A stretch of DNA of 64,000 nucleotides from Candidatus Falkowbacteria bacterium GW2011_GWF2_43_32 (GCA_000999715.1 LCGL01000001.1:323139-387138), one strand, 5' to 3'; numbered from the stretch's first letter, positions 48,928 to 59,843 are shown. The notes: generated from the sequence alone by a model not told the origin. Numbers and translations: made by a program.

Positions 48928-49665
48928 TTATTCAAACATTCTGTCTTTACCGACGATTACGTTAACGCGATCTTTGCTGATACCCACTTCAATCGGCGTG
49001 GCCATCTCGATAACGCCGTCAACCAGTAATTTGTTATTCGGATTGGTTATCAATAATTTTTTGGCGCTCAAATAAGTTTGGTCTTTTCTTTTGGTTTTGA
49101 TGTAAATATCCAATTTGCCGTCATGCGGATTGGATTTGATGCTTTGATTTTTGTCGCTGAGCAAATTAATAATACTTACTTCCCCTCTTTTGATAATCTC
49201 CAAAGAATAATCGTCAATTTCCAAAATCGTTCCCAGGCTTTGAATGGTGGCTTGGTTTAAAAAATAATATTGCCCGACTATCCCCAAATCTATTTTTTCC
49301 ACGCGGCGCGCCAGCAGGATATTGCAGGCCTCTTCTTCATTTTTAATGCCGAAAGAAGCGGCAATGGAATTGTCTCCGCCGACCGGAATGATGCCTAAAA
49401 TAGTTTTCTTTTGGAAATCGCTATAGATATCCGTATCAATAACCGCTCCGATTATTTTATTGATCGTTTGGTTGTTGCCCACGGCGACGATCGTTTTTGC
49501 GCCCAGTTTTATTTCGTTTTGGATAGTTCCCTTGATATTCTTAATACCGCCTAAACGAATAATTTTACCGTTCAATCCCAAATCAGTCAGCCGAATTTCT
49601 ATTCGGTTAATCGTTTTATTATATTTGCTTTTATTTAAATAGTCGTCGTAAATGTAGACGTGCAT
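48928..49665 (-). CDS. diacylglycerol kinase-like catalytic domain protein
   Basis: IVAVGNNQT, LGIIPVG..NSIA, KIDLG, YFLN, DGKLDI. Confidence 0.75.
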   Translation of the reverse strand: MHVYIYDDYLNKSKYNKTINRIEIRLTDLGLNGKIIRLGGIKNIKGTIQNEIKLGAKTIVAVGNNQTINKIIGAVIDTDIYSDFQKKTILGIIPVGGDNSIAASFGIKNEEEACNILLARRVEKIDLGIVGQYYFLNQATIQSLGTILEIDDYSLEIIKRGEVSIINLLSDKNQSIKSNPHDGKLDIYIKTKRKDQTYLSAKKLLITNPNNKLLVDGVIEMATPIEVGISKDRVNVIVGKDRMFE

Positions 49666-49679
49666 AGGGTTGCGCCCGT

Positions 49680-50090
49680 TTATTTATCTGTCGCTACCGC
49701 CTTTTCTTCCGGTTTTAATTTATCGTTGCGTTTATGTTCTTCGCTCAACATCATGAGTTGACCGTTAATGATCGCACCTTTGGCCACAGAGATTTCTCCA
49801 TATTGGATATCGCCGAAGATTTTGGCCGTTCCGCCGATGGCCAAATAATTTTTAGATTTAATATTGCCGCGGACCTCCCCGTTGACAATGGCATCCTTCG
49901 ATTCTATGTTGGCGGTTACTTTCGCCCGATCGCCGATAAACAGATTGGCATCGGTCTTTAAAGAGCCTTCTAACGAGCCTTCAATGATAATGCTTCCCTG
50001 TCCCTGGAAATTTCCTTTGACCTTGATGGAGGCGCCAATAATCGTTTCCGCATCCTTAAACTTTTCCAATTGATTGTCTTTATTAAACAT
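49680..50090 (-). CDS. bactofilin (polymer-forming cytoskeletal protein)
   Basis: ETIIG.SIKVKGN, IEGSLEG, NGEVRGNI, GAIING beta-helix repeats. Confidence 0.92.
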   Translation of the reverse strand: MFNKDNQLEKFKDAETIIGASIKVKGNFQGQGSIIIEGSLEGSLKTDANLFIGDRAKVTANIESKDAIVNGEVRGNIKSKNYLAIGGTAKIFGDIQYGEISVAKGAIINGQLMMLSEEHKRNDKLKPEEKAVATDK

Positions 50091-50280
50091 ATGGTTAATT
50101 TAATTATTAGGCTAAATTCTTATAAATAGCGGATAAATAAAAAGGCAGGATTATATTCTTATCTTAGTTTAATCTTAGCCGCTTGTCAAAAGCCGAATTG
50201 TCTTCAAAAACATTAATTTTAATTGTAAAAGTTATTTAATTATTATAGAATTAAAGCTGGTTATCCAATATTTTGTAAAT

Positions 50281-50355
50281 GTCCTCGTAGTTCAACGGAT
50301 AGAACGAGAATCTCCTAAGTTCTAAATCCAGGTTCAATTCCTGGCGGGGACACCA
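50281..50355 (+). tRNA. tRNA-Arg(CCT)
   Basis: Cloverleaf, anticodon loop CTCCTAA, encoded CCA. Confidence 0.95.
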
Positions 50356-50598
50356 GTTTTAGTATTATCATAATAAATTTGGTTTATTGTCAAGTATTTG
50401 ACAGAATTCCATAATTATTACATTGGTTCCCTCTTGACTTTTATTTTTATTCTAGTATGATATAGATAGTTTTTATAGTAGTTTTGGCTATAAAATAGCA
50501 ATTGTTCCTTGAGGAACAATTTTGGGTTATTAGCTCTTCCCTCGCTTCCCGTTCATTAATTGACGAAGGCGGAGGCTAGAGCGCCTCAATGTGTTTAA

Positions 50599-50672
50599 GG
50601 GCCATTAGCTCAGTTGGCTAGAGCGCTTCCATGGCATGGAAGAGGTCAAGGGTTCAAGTCCCTTATGGTCCA
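50599..50672 (+). tRNA. tRNA-Ala(GGC)
   Basis: Cloverleaf, G3-U70, anticodon loop ATGGCAT. Confidence 0.95.
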
Positions 50673-50965
50673 CTAAAAAAAAGAACCCCACCTGCGTGGG
50701 GTTCTTTTTTTAAGATTGAAAGCATAAGGGACTTGAAAGCCGGAGGCGATGCGCACTTGTGCGCCGCCGAGGCCGGGTCGGGGCGCTTAGCGAGTGAGAC
50801 TTGCGAAGCAAGCGAGCGAGGCTTAGCGACCGTGACCAAGTCCCTTATGGTCCACTAATGAAAACAACCCGAACTGCTTTGGGTTGTTTTCATTAAAGAT
50901 AAAAATAAGGGACTTGAACGGATGGCTATTATAGTATATTATTTAGGTGTACTAATTTAATTAAT

Positions 50966-51556
50966 ATGAAAAAAAGAGTTTTTATAATACATGGTTGGGA
51001 TGGGTCTCCGCAAGAGAATTGGTTTCCATGGTTAAAAAGGGAATTAGAAGTTAGAAACTTTGAGGTAATTGTGCCTCAACTTCCTAAACCGGAAGAGCCA
51101 CGGATCAGTAATTGGATTCCCTTTTTAGAAAAAATTGTTATTAATCCGGACATTAACACTTATTTCATTGGTCATAGTATGGGTTGCCAAGCGGTAGCTC
51201 GTTTTTTAGAAAGATTACCAAATAACATTATTGTTGGTGGAGCGATTTTTGTGGCTGGATTTTTTAAACGTCTAACGAATCTTGAGGATGACGATGTAAC
51301 TAACAGTGTTGCGAAAGAATGGTTAGTCTCTTCCTTAGATTTAAAAAAAGTTAAAACTCATTTAAAAAATAGTGTTGCTATTTTTTCCGACAACGATCCG
51401 TATGTTCCATTAGATAACCAAGAAGAGTATATAGATTATCTGGAATCCAAAATAGTGGTTGAACATAATAAGGGGCATTTCAACAGTGGTGCTGGTATTA
51501 CTGAATTGCCGTTTGTTTTAGAAGCCGTATTAGAGATTAGCAAGAGAGGGAATTGA
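50966..51556 (+). CDS. YdeN/RBBP9-like alpha/beta serine hydrolase
   Basis: IIHGW, WFPWL, GHSMG, SDNDPYV, GHF. Confidence 0.9.
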   Translation: MKKRVFIIHGWDGSPQENWFPWLKRELEVRNFEVIVPQLPKPEEPRISNWIPFLEKIVINPDINTYFIGHSMGCQAVARFLERLPNNIIVGGAIFVAGFFKRLTNLEDDDVTNSVAKEWLVSSLDLKKVKTHLKNSVAIFSDNDPYVPLDNQEEYIDYLESKIVVEHNKGHFNSGAGITELPFVLEAVLEISKRGN

Positions 51557-51821
51557 TATAAATATTGATATAAATAATGTAATGCACATGCCGCTAAGAT
51601 TAGTCTACAATAATGTAGACTTTTCTTTTTTATTTAGCTAATATTAAATAAATAACACGTTTAGACAAATTGTGGAAAAGTTGTTATTATCTAGTAAATT
51701 TTTCGCTAAAATTAAATAGACATCAATTTAAAGATCAATAATTTTTTTTAAATTTCGTTGATTTGCTTTTAATAAAAAAAGAAATTATAATTAAGCTATT
51801 AAAATTAATTTTATTATATTT

Positions 51822-52760
51822 ATGTATGATTTAATCATCATTGGTGCCGGTCCGGCCGGCATGACTGCCGGTATTTTTGCCACCAGGCGGGAAATGAAAA
51901 CTCTGATTATCGGTCGAGAGGTCGGAGGACAGTTAGTCTGGGCCAGTGAAATTGAAAATTATCCCGGGTTTCTTACAATAGACAGTTTGGATTTGATTAA
52001 TAAAATGAAAGAGCAGGCTACAACTTTCGGAGTTGAGCTGAAAGAAGATGAAGTGCAAAAAATCCAAAAGACCGAATATAACAGTTTTTTGGTTTATACC
52101 GGTCGGGAAAAATTTGAGGCCAAGACCGTGGTTATTGCCATGGGTTTATCGCCGCGACGTTTATCGATTCCGGGAGAGACCGAGCTTAATGGCCGAGGCG
52201 TTTCTTATTGCGCGAATTGCGACGGACCACTATTTCGCGGTAAAACCATTGCGGTTGTCGGTGGCGGAAACTCCGCTTTAGACGCCGCAGAAATGATGTC
52301 TAAAATCGCCAAAGAAGTTTACTTGATTCATCGTAGCGATAGTTTCAAGGCTTTTGATGTACTGGTAGATGAAGTAAAAAATCGTCCTAATATAAAAATT
52401 TTGATGAATACGGAAGTTAAATCAATTGGGGGAGAAGGGAAGGTGGAAAAAATAAAAATCATGGACAAACAGACAAGCGAAGAAAAAGATATTGTTTTGG
52501 ACGGCGTTTTTGTGGAAGTCGGCCGTTTGGCCAGTACGGAATTGGTTGCCGGCTTGGTGGAGCGTGACGCCAAACAACAAATTATTATAACCAACAAAGG
52601 AGAAACAAAGACCCCCGGATTGTTTGCCGCCGGCGATGTCACTAATTGCGAATTTAAACAAATTCCTATCGCCATGGGAGAGGCAACTACGGCGGCTTTA
52701 AGCGCCTATCAGTATTTGCAGTCAAAACAAGGCGGGACTTTTGTCGCCAAAGATTATTAG
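51822..52760 (+). CDS. trxB: thioredoxin reductase
   Basis: GAGPAG, IENYPG, GVSYCANCDG, GGGNSA, FAAGD. Confidence 0.92.
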   Translation: MYDLIIIGAGPAGMTAGIFATRREMKTLIIGREVGGQLVWASEIENYPGFLTIDSLDLINKMKEQATTFGVELKEDEVQKIQKTEYNSFLVYTGREKFEAKTVVIAMGLSPRRLSIPGETELNGRGVSYCANCDGPLFRGKTIAVVGGGNSALDAAEMMSKIAKEVYLIHRSDSFKAFDVLVDEVKNRPNIKILMNTEVKSIGGEGKVEKIKIMDKQTSEEKDIVLDGVFVEVGRLASTELVAGLVERDAKQQIIITNKGETKTPGLFAAGDVTNCEFKQIPIAMGEATTAALSAYQYLQSKQGGTFVAKDY

Positions 52761-52831
52761 TATTCGGCGGTTATTTTGGCATCTTGGCGGTTATTTTGGT
52801 ATAATAGAGGCAGAAGAAACATTTTTAAAGT

Positions 52832-54121
52832 ATGGACTCAAAAAAAATAAATCTTGTGGCCGCCGACATGGGATACGGTCATCAGCGAGCCGCTTATCCT
52901 TTAATGGATTTGAGCGGGGGAGAAGTTATCACCATCAATAATTATCCGGGAATTCCCGATTGGGAAAAAGAATATTGGGTTAAGAGCTTGCGTTCTTACG
53001 AACGGATTTCTCGCTTTAAAAAAATTCCATTTTTGGGCGGTTTGGTTTTTGAAATTATGGACGCTTTTCAAAAAATCAAACCGTTTTATCCGTTTCGCGA
53101 CTTATCGCGGCCGACCGTTCAACAAAAATATTTTTTTAAGTTTATCAAAAAAGGCTTGGGAAAAGCCTTGATTAAAAAATTAAATCCCAGCGGCTTGCCG
53201 TTTGTCACGACTTTTTTCGTGGCCGCTTATATCGCGGAATACTACGATTATCAGGGCGATATCTATTGTATTATTTGTGATACCGATGCTTCGCGCGCTT
53301 GGGCGCCGCTTAATCCCGGAAACAGCCGTACTAAATTTTTAGTGCCGAACGCCAAAGTCAGAGAAAGATTTTTGATGTATGGCGTTAAAGCGGAAAATAT
53401 TTTTGTTTCCGGATTCCCTTTGCCGAAAGAAAATATTGGTGCCGACAAAAAGATATTAAAGACGGCCATTGCTCGCCGCTTGGCGGCGCTTGATCCGCAA
53501 GGAGTTTATCGTCAGCAGTATCAGGCCTTATTAAAAGAAATTTTGCCCGATTTTGCGCAAGAAGCCGTTTTGGAAATGGCTCATCCGTTGACAATTACTT
53601 TTGCGGTCGGCGGTGCCGGCGCGCAGGCGGAAATCGGCTCGGCTATCATGACTAAACTGGCGGAGGCCATTAAGCAAAAGAAAATAAATTTAAATTTAAT
53701 CGCCGGCAATCGTCCGGAAGTCAAGGATTATTTTATTGAAGAAATCCGCCGGCTTAAATTGGAGGCGGTGGCCGGTATTCAGATAATTTTTGATGCGGAT
53801 AAAGTTGAATACTTTAAAAAATTCAATCAATGCTTGAATCAAACCGATATTCTTTGGACCAAGCCTTCGGAATTGTCTTTTTATTGCGCCTTGGGCTTGC
53901 CGATCATCATGTCCGTGCCGGTCGGCAGTCAAGAAAATTTTAATCGAGAATGGTTGTTGACGATTGGCGCCGGCATTGACAGTTTGGAGCCGCAATATAT
54001 TGACGAATGGTTGCCGGATTTATTAGAGTCGGGACGATTGGCGCGAGCGGCGATAGACGGATTTTTGAATGCCGAACAATCGGGAGCCTATAATGTTGAA
54101 AAGTTGCTGTTAGAAAAATAA
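52832..54121 (+). CDS. GT-B glycosyltransferase-like protein (MGDG synthase/MurG-like)
   Basis: DMGYGHQRA, CDTD, SGFP, LWTKPSE, PVGSQE..N. Confidence 0.7.
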   Translation: MDSKKINLVAADMGYGHQRAAYPLMDLSGGEVITINNYPGIPDWEKEYWVKSLRSYERISRFKKIPFLGGLVFEIMDAFQKIKPFYPFRDLSRPTVQQKYFFKFIKKGLGKALIKKLNPSGLPFVTTFFVAAYIAEYYDYQGDIYCIICDTDASRAWAPLNPGNSRTKFLVPNAKVRERFLMYGVKAENIFVSGFPLPKENIGADKKILKTAIARRLAALDPQGVYRQQYQALLKEILPDFAQEAVLEMAHPLTITFAVGGAGAQAEIGSAIMTKLAEAIKQKKINLNLIAGNRPEVKDYFIEEIRRLKLEAVAGIQIIFDADKVEYFKKFNQCLNQTDILWTKPSELSFYCALGLPIIMSVPVGSQENFNREWLLTIGAGIDSLEPQYIDEWLPDLLESGRLARAAIDGFLNAEQSGAYNVEKLLLEK

Positions 54122-54152
54122 TTTTAACGGTCGGTAATTAATTTTATAATTT

Positions 54153-55088
54153 ATGTCTTGGGTTTTTGTGGCCCTGGCCGCTTACTTGTTGTTAGCCATC
54201 GTCAATTTATTGGATAAATTTTTGGTGGATAATGTTTTAAAAAGCAGTAAAGCTTATGCTTTTATCGTGTGCACCCTCGGCTTGGCGGTTTTTTTGGCCG
54301 CTCCCTGGCTTTTGGAATGGCCGGGCTGGTTCCTGTTTCTTTTTAATATCGTCAACGGAGTGATTTTTGCCATTGCCTTGTGGTTGTTATATGAAGCTTT
54401 GCGACGCGGCGAGGCGGCGCGAATCCTGGTTTTTATCGGTGGAGTTACCCCGGTTTTTTCCCTGATTTTTTCTATTTTATTCTTTAAGGAACAATTTTCC
54501 CTTAGCCAATGGGCGGGAATAGTCGCCTTGCTTTCCGGAGTTTTCATCGTCGCTCTTTTGCCGGTGCAACGCAGTTTTTTGAAACGGGTTTTTAAAAAAT
54601 TGAGATTGACGCAAGAGGCGCGGCGGGGCGGTTTGGGGGCGGCCTTATTTTGCGCCTTGGCTTATTCCGTTTATTTTTTAGGCACAAAATACGCTTATAC
54701 CGGGCAGTCTTTCGCGAGCGCTTTTATTTGGACTCGTTTGGGGGCGGGATTATTCGTTTTATTGTTTTTAATCAAACGTGTCGATCGTTTGGCGATTACG
54801 GCGACTTTTTCCAAATCCAGCCCAGGAAAAAATAAATTTTTGGTGCTTTTTAATCAACTGATGGGCTCTACCGGATTCATTTTGCAAAATTATGCGGTTT
54901 TTTTGGGTTCGGTGGTTTTGGTCAACGCCTTGCAAGGCGTGCAATATGCCTTTCTTTTGATTGTCAGTACCGGCTTGGCTCTGTTTGCGCCGAAGTTATT
55001 GAAGGAAAATTTTTCTTGGCGAATTACGATTCAAAAAGCGGCCGCGGTTTTGGTGATTGTGTTGGGATTTTATTTTGTCACTCTTTAG
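54153..55088 (+). CDS. EamA/DMT family transporter
   Basis: About 10 TM helices in two repeats. Confidence 0.8.
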   Translation: MSWVFVALAAYLLLAIVNLLDKFLVDNVLKSSKAYAFIVCTLGLAVFLAAPWLLEWPGWFLFLFNIVNGVIFAIALWLLYEALRRGEAARILVFIGGVTPVFSLIFSILFFKEQFSLSQWAGIVALLSGVFIVALLPVQRSFLKRVFKKLRLTQEARRGGLGAALFCALAYSVYFLGTKYAYTGQSFASAFIWTRLGAGLFVLLFLIKRVDRLAITATFSKSSPGKNKFLVLFNQLMGSTGFILQNYAVFLGSVVLVNALQGVQYAFLLIVSTGLALFAPKLLKENFSWRITIQKAAAVLVIVLGFYFVTL

Positions 55089-55108
55089 AACGTATCATGC
55101 TTTAAAAT

Positions 55109-56167
55109 ATGCCCGTCGTTAAATCTTCTCAAATAAATATTAACGGTTCATCGCCTCGCCGAGGCACCTGGTTCAGAGTGGCGATGGCGATTTTTGTTCT
55201 TATTTTAATCGGGCTTCTTTATATTTTTAAAATCGCCGAATATCGTCCGGAAAAAGAGGGACTGGAACATCGGGCGGATTTTTTTGGCATCACTTTTTCT
55301 ACAAAATTCTGCGACGAACTCGGCTTGGGTTGGAAAGAGACTTATCGGGCGATATTGGACGAATTGCAGGTGAAATACATTAGAATTCCGGTTTATTGGG
55401 ACGAGATTGAAAGAGAAGAGGGCGTGTATGATTTTTCCGATTACGATTATCTTTTGGACACCGGAGAAAAAAATGATGTCAAATTTATTTTGAGCATCGG
55501 TCGTCGTATTCCGCGTTGGCCGGAATGTCATAGCCCGGCTTGGCTTAATCGTCAAAGCGAAACTGAAGCGCAGGCGGCGACGTTGAAGATGATTGCGACG
55601 GTTATTGAACGTTATCGCGATCGCGCCAGCATCGAATATTGGCAGATAGAGAATGAACCGTTTTTGGGAACCTTCGGCGTTTGCCCGCCCTTAGATGAGG
55701 AGTTCTTGCAACAAGAGTTCGCGTTGGCGCGCTCATTGGACGATCGTCAACTTATCATCACCGGCTCGGGAGAGTTAAGCTCGTGGAAAAAAGAGGCCGC
55801 CGTCGGTGACATTTTTGGCAGTACGTTATATCGCTCTATCCACAATAAAGTTGTCGGTCATATCCGATACCCTTTTTCCACTTGGTTTTATGAAACTAAA
55901 GCGAAAATGGCCGGGTTGACTCCGGAACGATTAATGGTTTTGGAATTGCAAGCCGAGCCTTGGGTGCCGCAAGGGAAAATGATTTATTTGTCCGACAGTG
56001 AAATCAACAGAACGATGAGTATTCAACAATTCAAGAATAACATTCAATATGCGGTTGATTTGGATTTCCGACGCGCTTATTTTTGGGGAACGGAGTGGTG
56101 GTATTGGCAAAAAAAATACGGCAATCCAGAATATTGGCGGATCGCCGCGAGCTTGTTTGCAGATTAA
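55109..56167 (+). CDS. clan GH-A glycoside hydrolase (beta-galactosidase/GH5-like), membrane anchored
   Basis: RIPVYWDEIE..G.YDF, WQIENEP acid/base, ELQAE nucleophile region. Confidence 0.75.
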   Translation: MPVVKSSQININGSSPRRGTWFRVAMAIFVLILIGLLYIFKIAEYRPEKEGLEHRADFFGITFSTKFCDELGLGWKETYRAILDELQVKYIRIPVYWDEIEREEGVYDFSDYDYLLDTGEKNDVKFILSIGRRIPRWPECHSPAWLNRQSETEAQAATLKMIATVIERYRDRASIEYWQIENEPFLGTFGVCPPLDEEFLQQEFALARSLDDRQLIITGSGELSSWKKEAAVGDIFGSTLYRSIHNKVVGHIRYPFSTWFYETKAKMAGLTPERLMVLELQAEPWVPQGKMIYLSDSEINRTMSIQQFKNNIQYAVDLDFRRAYFWGTEWWYWQKKYGNPEYWRIAASLFAD

Positions 56168-56168
56168 A

Positions 56169-57245
56169 TTATTTTTCCAATAAAGACAATATTTTATTGT
56201 CGTTTTTATCAACCCATTCTTTGAAAGCGCGACGCGCTTCCGGAGAAGGGGTTTTTTGATGGTCGGTTATCAAAGAGAGATTAAAATTCGTCGCCGTTAT
56301 GGCCAATCCGGCTCGCTCGGCGTCAAAGGCGTTGCTTTTCTGTTCAAAATGGTTGATGGTCGGAATCATTAAAATCGGTTTTTGCAAATAAGCGGCCTCG
56401 GCGATAGAGTCAAAACCGGCGGTCGCGACGTAAGCGCGGCAAGAAGATAAATTATCAATAAATTGTTGGCCGCTGAGCTGATAAAAAACTAAATTAGGAC
56501 CGAAGATCGTTTTCTCTTCTCCGGGATTGTTCCAAAAAGCGCGGACGGAGCTTGTCGGATTGGCTTTCGCCCAGGAAATTATTTCTTCGCTATATCCGGA
56601 ATTCAACAGATAAACCAAAAGAAAGTTTCCAGTCACGGGGACGGTTTGTTTTATGGCCTGACGAATCAGCGGCGGACAAACAAACAGATTTTTTTCCGGG
56701 CAGTCATTTTCCGCCGTGAAAGACAGAGCGATTTTTATGGTCCGGCGCGGCGCGGTCAAACGGTTATATAAACGAAAGGAAAGCTTGGTCAGCCAGTGAA
56801 GCGGCGGGAAACGGAAAGCAGGATGAGCGATAAAATGCTGATGTCCGATACAAAACATCGGTCGTCGATCACGGGAAAATCGGTAGTAATTGCCGGCCAA
56901 AGGTTCATAGAAATTGACAAAAATATCCGGCGGAAATTCGGTCACGATTTTTTTTATTTTTTTAATTGACGCCAGATAATTCGGGAGACGCCAAAACGCT
57001 TGCCGTGCGCTGGCAAAGATTTTTATTCCTTTTTTGCCGGCATCGACTATAAAACGAGGACTGTCGACAGTGAAGAGAGGGCTTTTGATTTGTTCTTTGA
57101 AGAAAGTCGGCAGTTCGTCGCGGGAAGCGGAACCGACGACGACCGCCACGACCGCATGACCTCGGTTTTCCAGTTTTTCCTTTAAAGCCAGGGCTTGGGT
57201 CATATGGCCGCGTCCTTCGCCTTGAATGAAGAAGAAGTATTTCAT
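56169..57245 (-). CDS. glycosyltransferase (MJ1255-like)
   Basis: QGEGRGHMT, FYEP, TAGF..IAEA.YLQKP, HFEQ..NA. Confidence 0.82.
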   Translation of the reverse strand: MKYFFFIQGEGRGHMTQALALKEKLENRGHAVVAVVVGSASRDELPTFFKEQIKSPLFTVDSPRFIVDAGKKGIKIFASARQAFWRLPNYLASIKKIKKIVTEFPPDIFVNFYEPLAGNYYRFSRDRRPMFCIGHQHFIAHPAFRFPPLHWLTKLSFRLYNRLTAPRRTIKIALSFTAENDCPEKNLFVCPPLIRQAIKQTVPVTGNFLLVYLLNSGYSEEIISWAKANPTSSVRAFWNNPGEEKTIFGPNLVFYQLSGQQFIDNLSSCRAYVATAGFDSIAEAAYLQKPILMIPTINHFEQKSNAFDAERAGLAITATNFNLSLITDHQKTPSPEARRAFKEWVDKNDNKILSLLEK

Positions 57246-57349
57246 AAGGAGCGCTGAAATTTATTGCGGTAAATTCGCTTTTATTATAGTAATAATCGGT
57301 TCAAAAAGCAAACCCGGAGTCAGGCGGTTTGAGAAGATAAAAAACGTTT

Positions 57350-58585
57350 TTATTTGAATGTCCGGCGCCTTCGGTTGAATGTCCGTTTCGTTTTCGGACG
57401 AGCGACATTAGGTTCCGATTTTTTGGACAAGCTGACAAATTCCGTTCGCTTGATATTTTTATTGATCAACCGTTCAATTTCTTTGATTTCTCGCGCTTGA
57501 TTGGCGGTGGCAAAAGTAATGGCTTTTCCCGCTTTGTCGGCGCGTCCCGTGCGACCGATGCGATGAACATAGTCTTCGGAATTGTCCGGCATATTATAGT
57601 TCACCACCAATTCAATATTATTGATGTCCAGGCCGCGCGCCGCCACATCCGTCGCCACCAGAATGCGCTTTTTTCCGGATTTAAAATCATTAAGTGCCGC
57701 GCGGCGACGATTTAAAGACAGATTGGAATGAATTTCCGTGGCTCGATGTCCGCCTGCCTGTAATTTTAGAGTTAAAGCTTTTACGCCGTGCTTGGTTCTG
57801 ACAAACACCAGAACCGAGCCGGCATAACGAGCCAGAATTTTTTCCAGATGGCTGAGCCGTTCTTCGCCGTTAATGATAAATATTTCTTGATCGACTTGAG
57901 CGGCCGTCGTTCCCGGTGGCGCGACTTCAATACTGACCGGCAGTTTCATATATTCGGTGGCGATTTTAACAATTGCCGCCGGCATCGTCGCCGAGAATAA
58001 CATGGTTTGACGTTCTGCCGGTGTTTGATTGAGGATTTCCTTAATCTGGGGAGCAAAACCTAAATCCAACATCATATCCGCTTCATCCAACACCAAAATA
58101 GTTATTTGATCCAATTTGAAAGTCCGGCGTTTTAAATGATCCAACAGTCTTCCCGGAGTGGCCACGACAATATGAGGTTTTTTGCGCAAACAAAAAAGCT
58201 GGCGGTCCAGGGATTCTCCGCCGATTAAACTGGCCGTGCGAAGCCCTAAAGATTGACCCAGTTTTTTCAAGCTTTCTTCAACCTGTAAAGCCAATTCACG
58301 GGTGGGCGCGATAACCAGTCCCTGCCCTTTGTTTAAGCCCAAGCGTTGTAACATGGGGATGCCGAAAGCAAAAGTCTTGCCGGTGCCGGTTTGTGCCACG
58401 CCAATCAAATCCTGACCGCTTATGGCCACGGGGATGGTTTTTTCTTGAATAGGCGTCGGTGTTTTGAGATTCAGTTTGGTCAAGGCCTCTAAAATTGATT
58501 GACTGATGCCCAAATCGGAAAATTGTTTTAAAGGTTGAGCCAAGCTTGTCCGGTCAACCCGGCTAGTGTTAATAGTGTGTTTCAT
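57350..58585 (-). CDS. DEAD-box RNA helicase
   Basis: PTPIQ, AQTGTGKT, PTRELA, TPGR, DEAD, SAT, ARGLD, HRIGRTGR. Confidence 0.96.
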   Translation of the reverse strand: MKHTINTSRVDRTSLAQPLKQFSDLGISQSILEALTKLNLKTPTPIQEKTIPVAISGQDLIGVAQTGTGKTFAFGIPMLQRLGLNKGQGLVIAPTRELALQVEESLKKLGQSLGLRTASLIGGESLDRQLFCLRKKPHIVVATPGRLLDHLKRRTFKLDQITILVLDEADMMLDLGFAPQIKEILNQTPAERQTMLFSATMPAAIVKIATEYMKLPVSIEVAPPGTTAAQVDQEIFIINGEERLSHLEKILARYAGSVLVFVRTKHGVKALTLKLQAGGHRATEIHSNLSLNRRRAALNDFKSGKKRILVATDVAARGLDINNIELVVNYNMPDNSEDYVHRIGRTGRADKAGKAITFATANQAREIKEIERLINKNIKRTEFVSLSKKSEPNVARPKTKRTFNRRRRTFK

Positions 58586-59024
58586 AATAAAAATAAGTGA
58601 CCCGATTATTCAAGGTCACTTAATATATGACGAAGATTCGAATCTTAATTTAATAGATTAATTATGGCATATAATTATAATTAAGTCAAGGATTATACGT
58701 TTTCGTTTCTTCGTTCTTTTGTCATTTTTCGTCAGCTTTAAGTTCTATCATTGTTAAACCAGCTTTTATTTGGACATATAAAAAGGTGCGAAAGGTTATT
58801 TAAGCGACGGTTTAATTATATAGGTAGCTTATCCATAGCGGCAGTTTATTAAAAAGTTAAAAAAGACCAGAATCATTGACATTTTTTATGATGTATGTTA
58901 ATTTATAACATTAAAACCGTTCTTTCAAAAATAGGGTTAAATTGGATTAATTATCAAATCCACCTGTTCAGGCGAATTTGTAGTTAATCTAATTATTCTT
59001 AAACCTTTATAAAATTGATAAATC

Positions 59025-59843
59025 ATGAAAAAAATTAGTGTATTGCTCGTAATGTCAGTTATTTTAGTTTGTCAGTGCTTCGGCCAGCAATATAAAATTG
59101 ATTATGAAAAAAATCGTTCCGGTAAAGACATTTACTATGTATCTAAAATTAAAATTGAAATTGAAGATGCAGATACTTTATTTTTTATCGATCAAGCTAT
59201 TCCTGGCATCAAACGAATTGAAGCTTATGAAGAAGGCATCGCCTTTTACGACACCAGTAGAGTGTCGAGCAATTATAATGCTAATCATTTTTGGCTAACT
59301 CGATATTATAATATGGAGTATAAAATTGCTAAATTTGATAAAGCCAAAAAAGAGATTAGACAAACTGTCGCAACTACGGTGTCATCAGATTCCTCTGTGT
59401 CTGTTGAAATTATAGTAATTTTGTTCCTGGCCATTATTTTGGTATTATCAATATTTTTAACAGAGACCGGTGATTGTTCTGACAAAGATATTGAAAAGCC
59501 GGAATTTGGACTCGTTTTTCTTCTTCCGTGGCTGGGTTATTCCATTTGTTTATTAGTTAGTTTTTTTGGTTCTTTTCATAATCCAGAATCACAAATATTT
59601 GTTGGAGTTCTCATGAGCGTAGCAGGTATATTTTTTGTTGTTTCAATGTTTACAACAAAGTGGAATAAAAATAAATATATTGTTTTCCAAACCGTGAACC
59701 TGTCTATTGCCTTGATGTCAATTGGTGCCATTACCGGAAGTTGGTGGGCATCTTTTGTCTCCATACTAGCTTCTTTATTTTGTTATTCAGTATTTGTAAT
59801 TGTTCGCCGGGCAGCTATTGCAATAACAGAGAAGATCAAATAG
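59025..59843 (+). CDS. hypothetical membrane protein (AT-rich, accessory)
   Basis: Signal peptide, soluble domain, ~5 C-terminal TMs; own promoter at 58876. Confidence 0.7.
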   Translation: MKKISVLLVMSVILVCQCFGQQYKIDYEKNRSGKDIYYVSKIKIEIEDADTLFFIDQAIPGIKRIEAYEEGIAFYDTSRVSSNYNANHFWLTRYYNMEYKIAKFDKAKKEIRQTVATTVSSDSSVSVEIIVILFLAIILVLSIFLTETGDCSDKDIEKPEFGLVFLLPWLGYSICLLVSFFGSFHNPESQIFVGVLMSVAGIFFVVSMFTTKWNKNKYIVFQTVNLSIALMSIGAITGSWWASFVSILASLFCYSVFVIVRRAAIAITEKIK

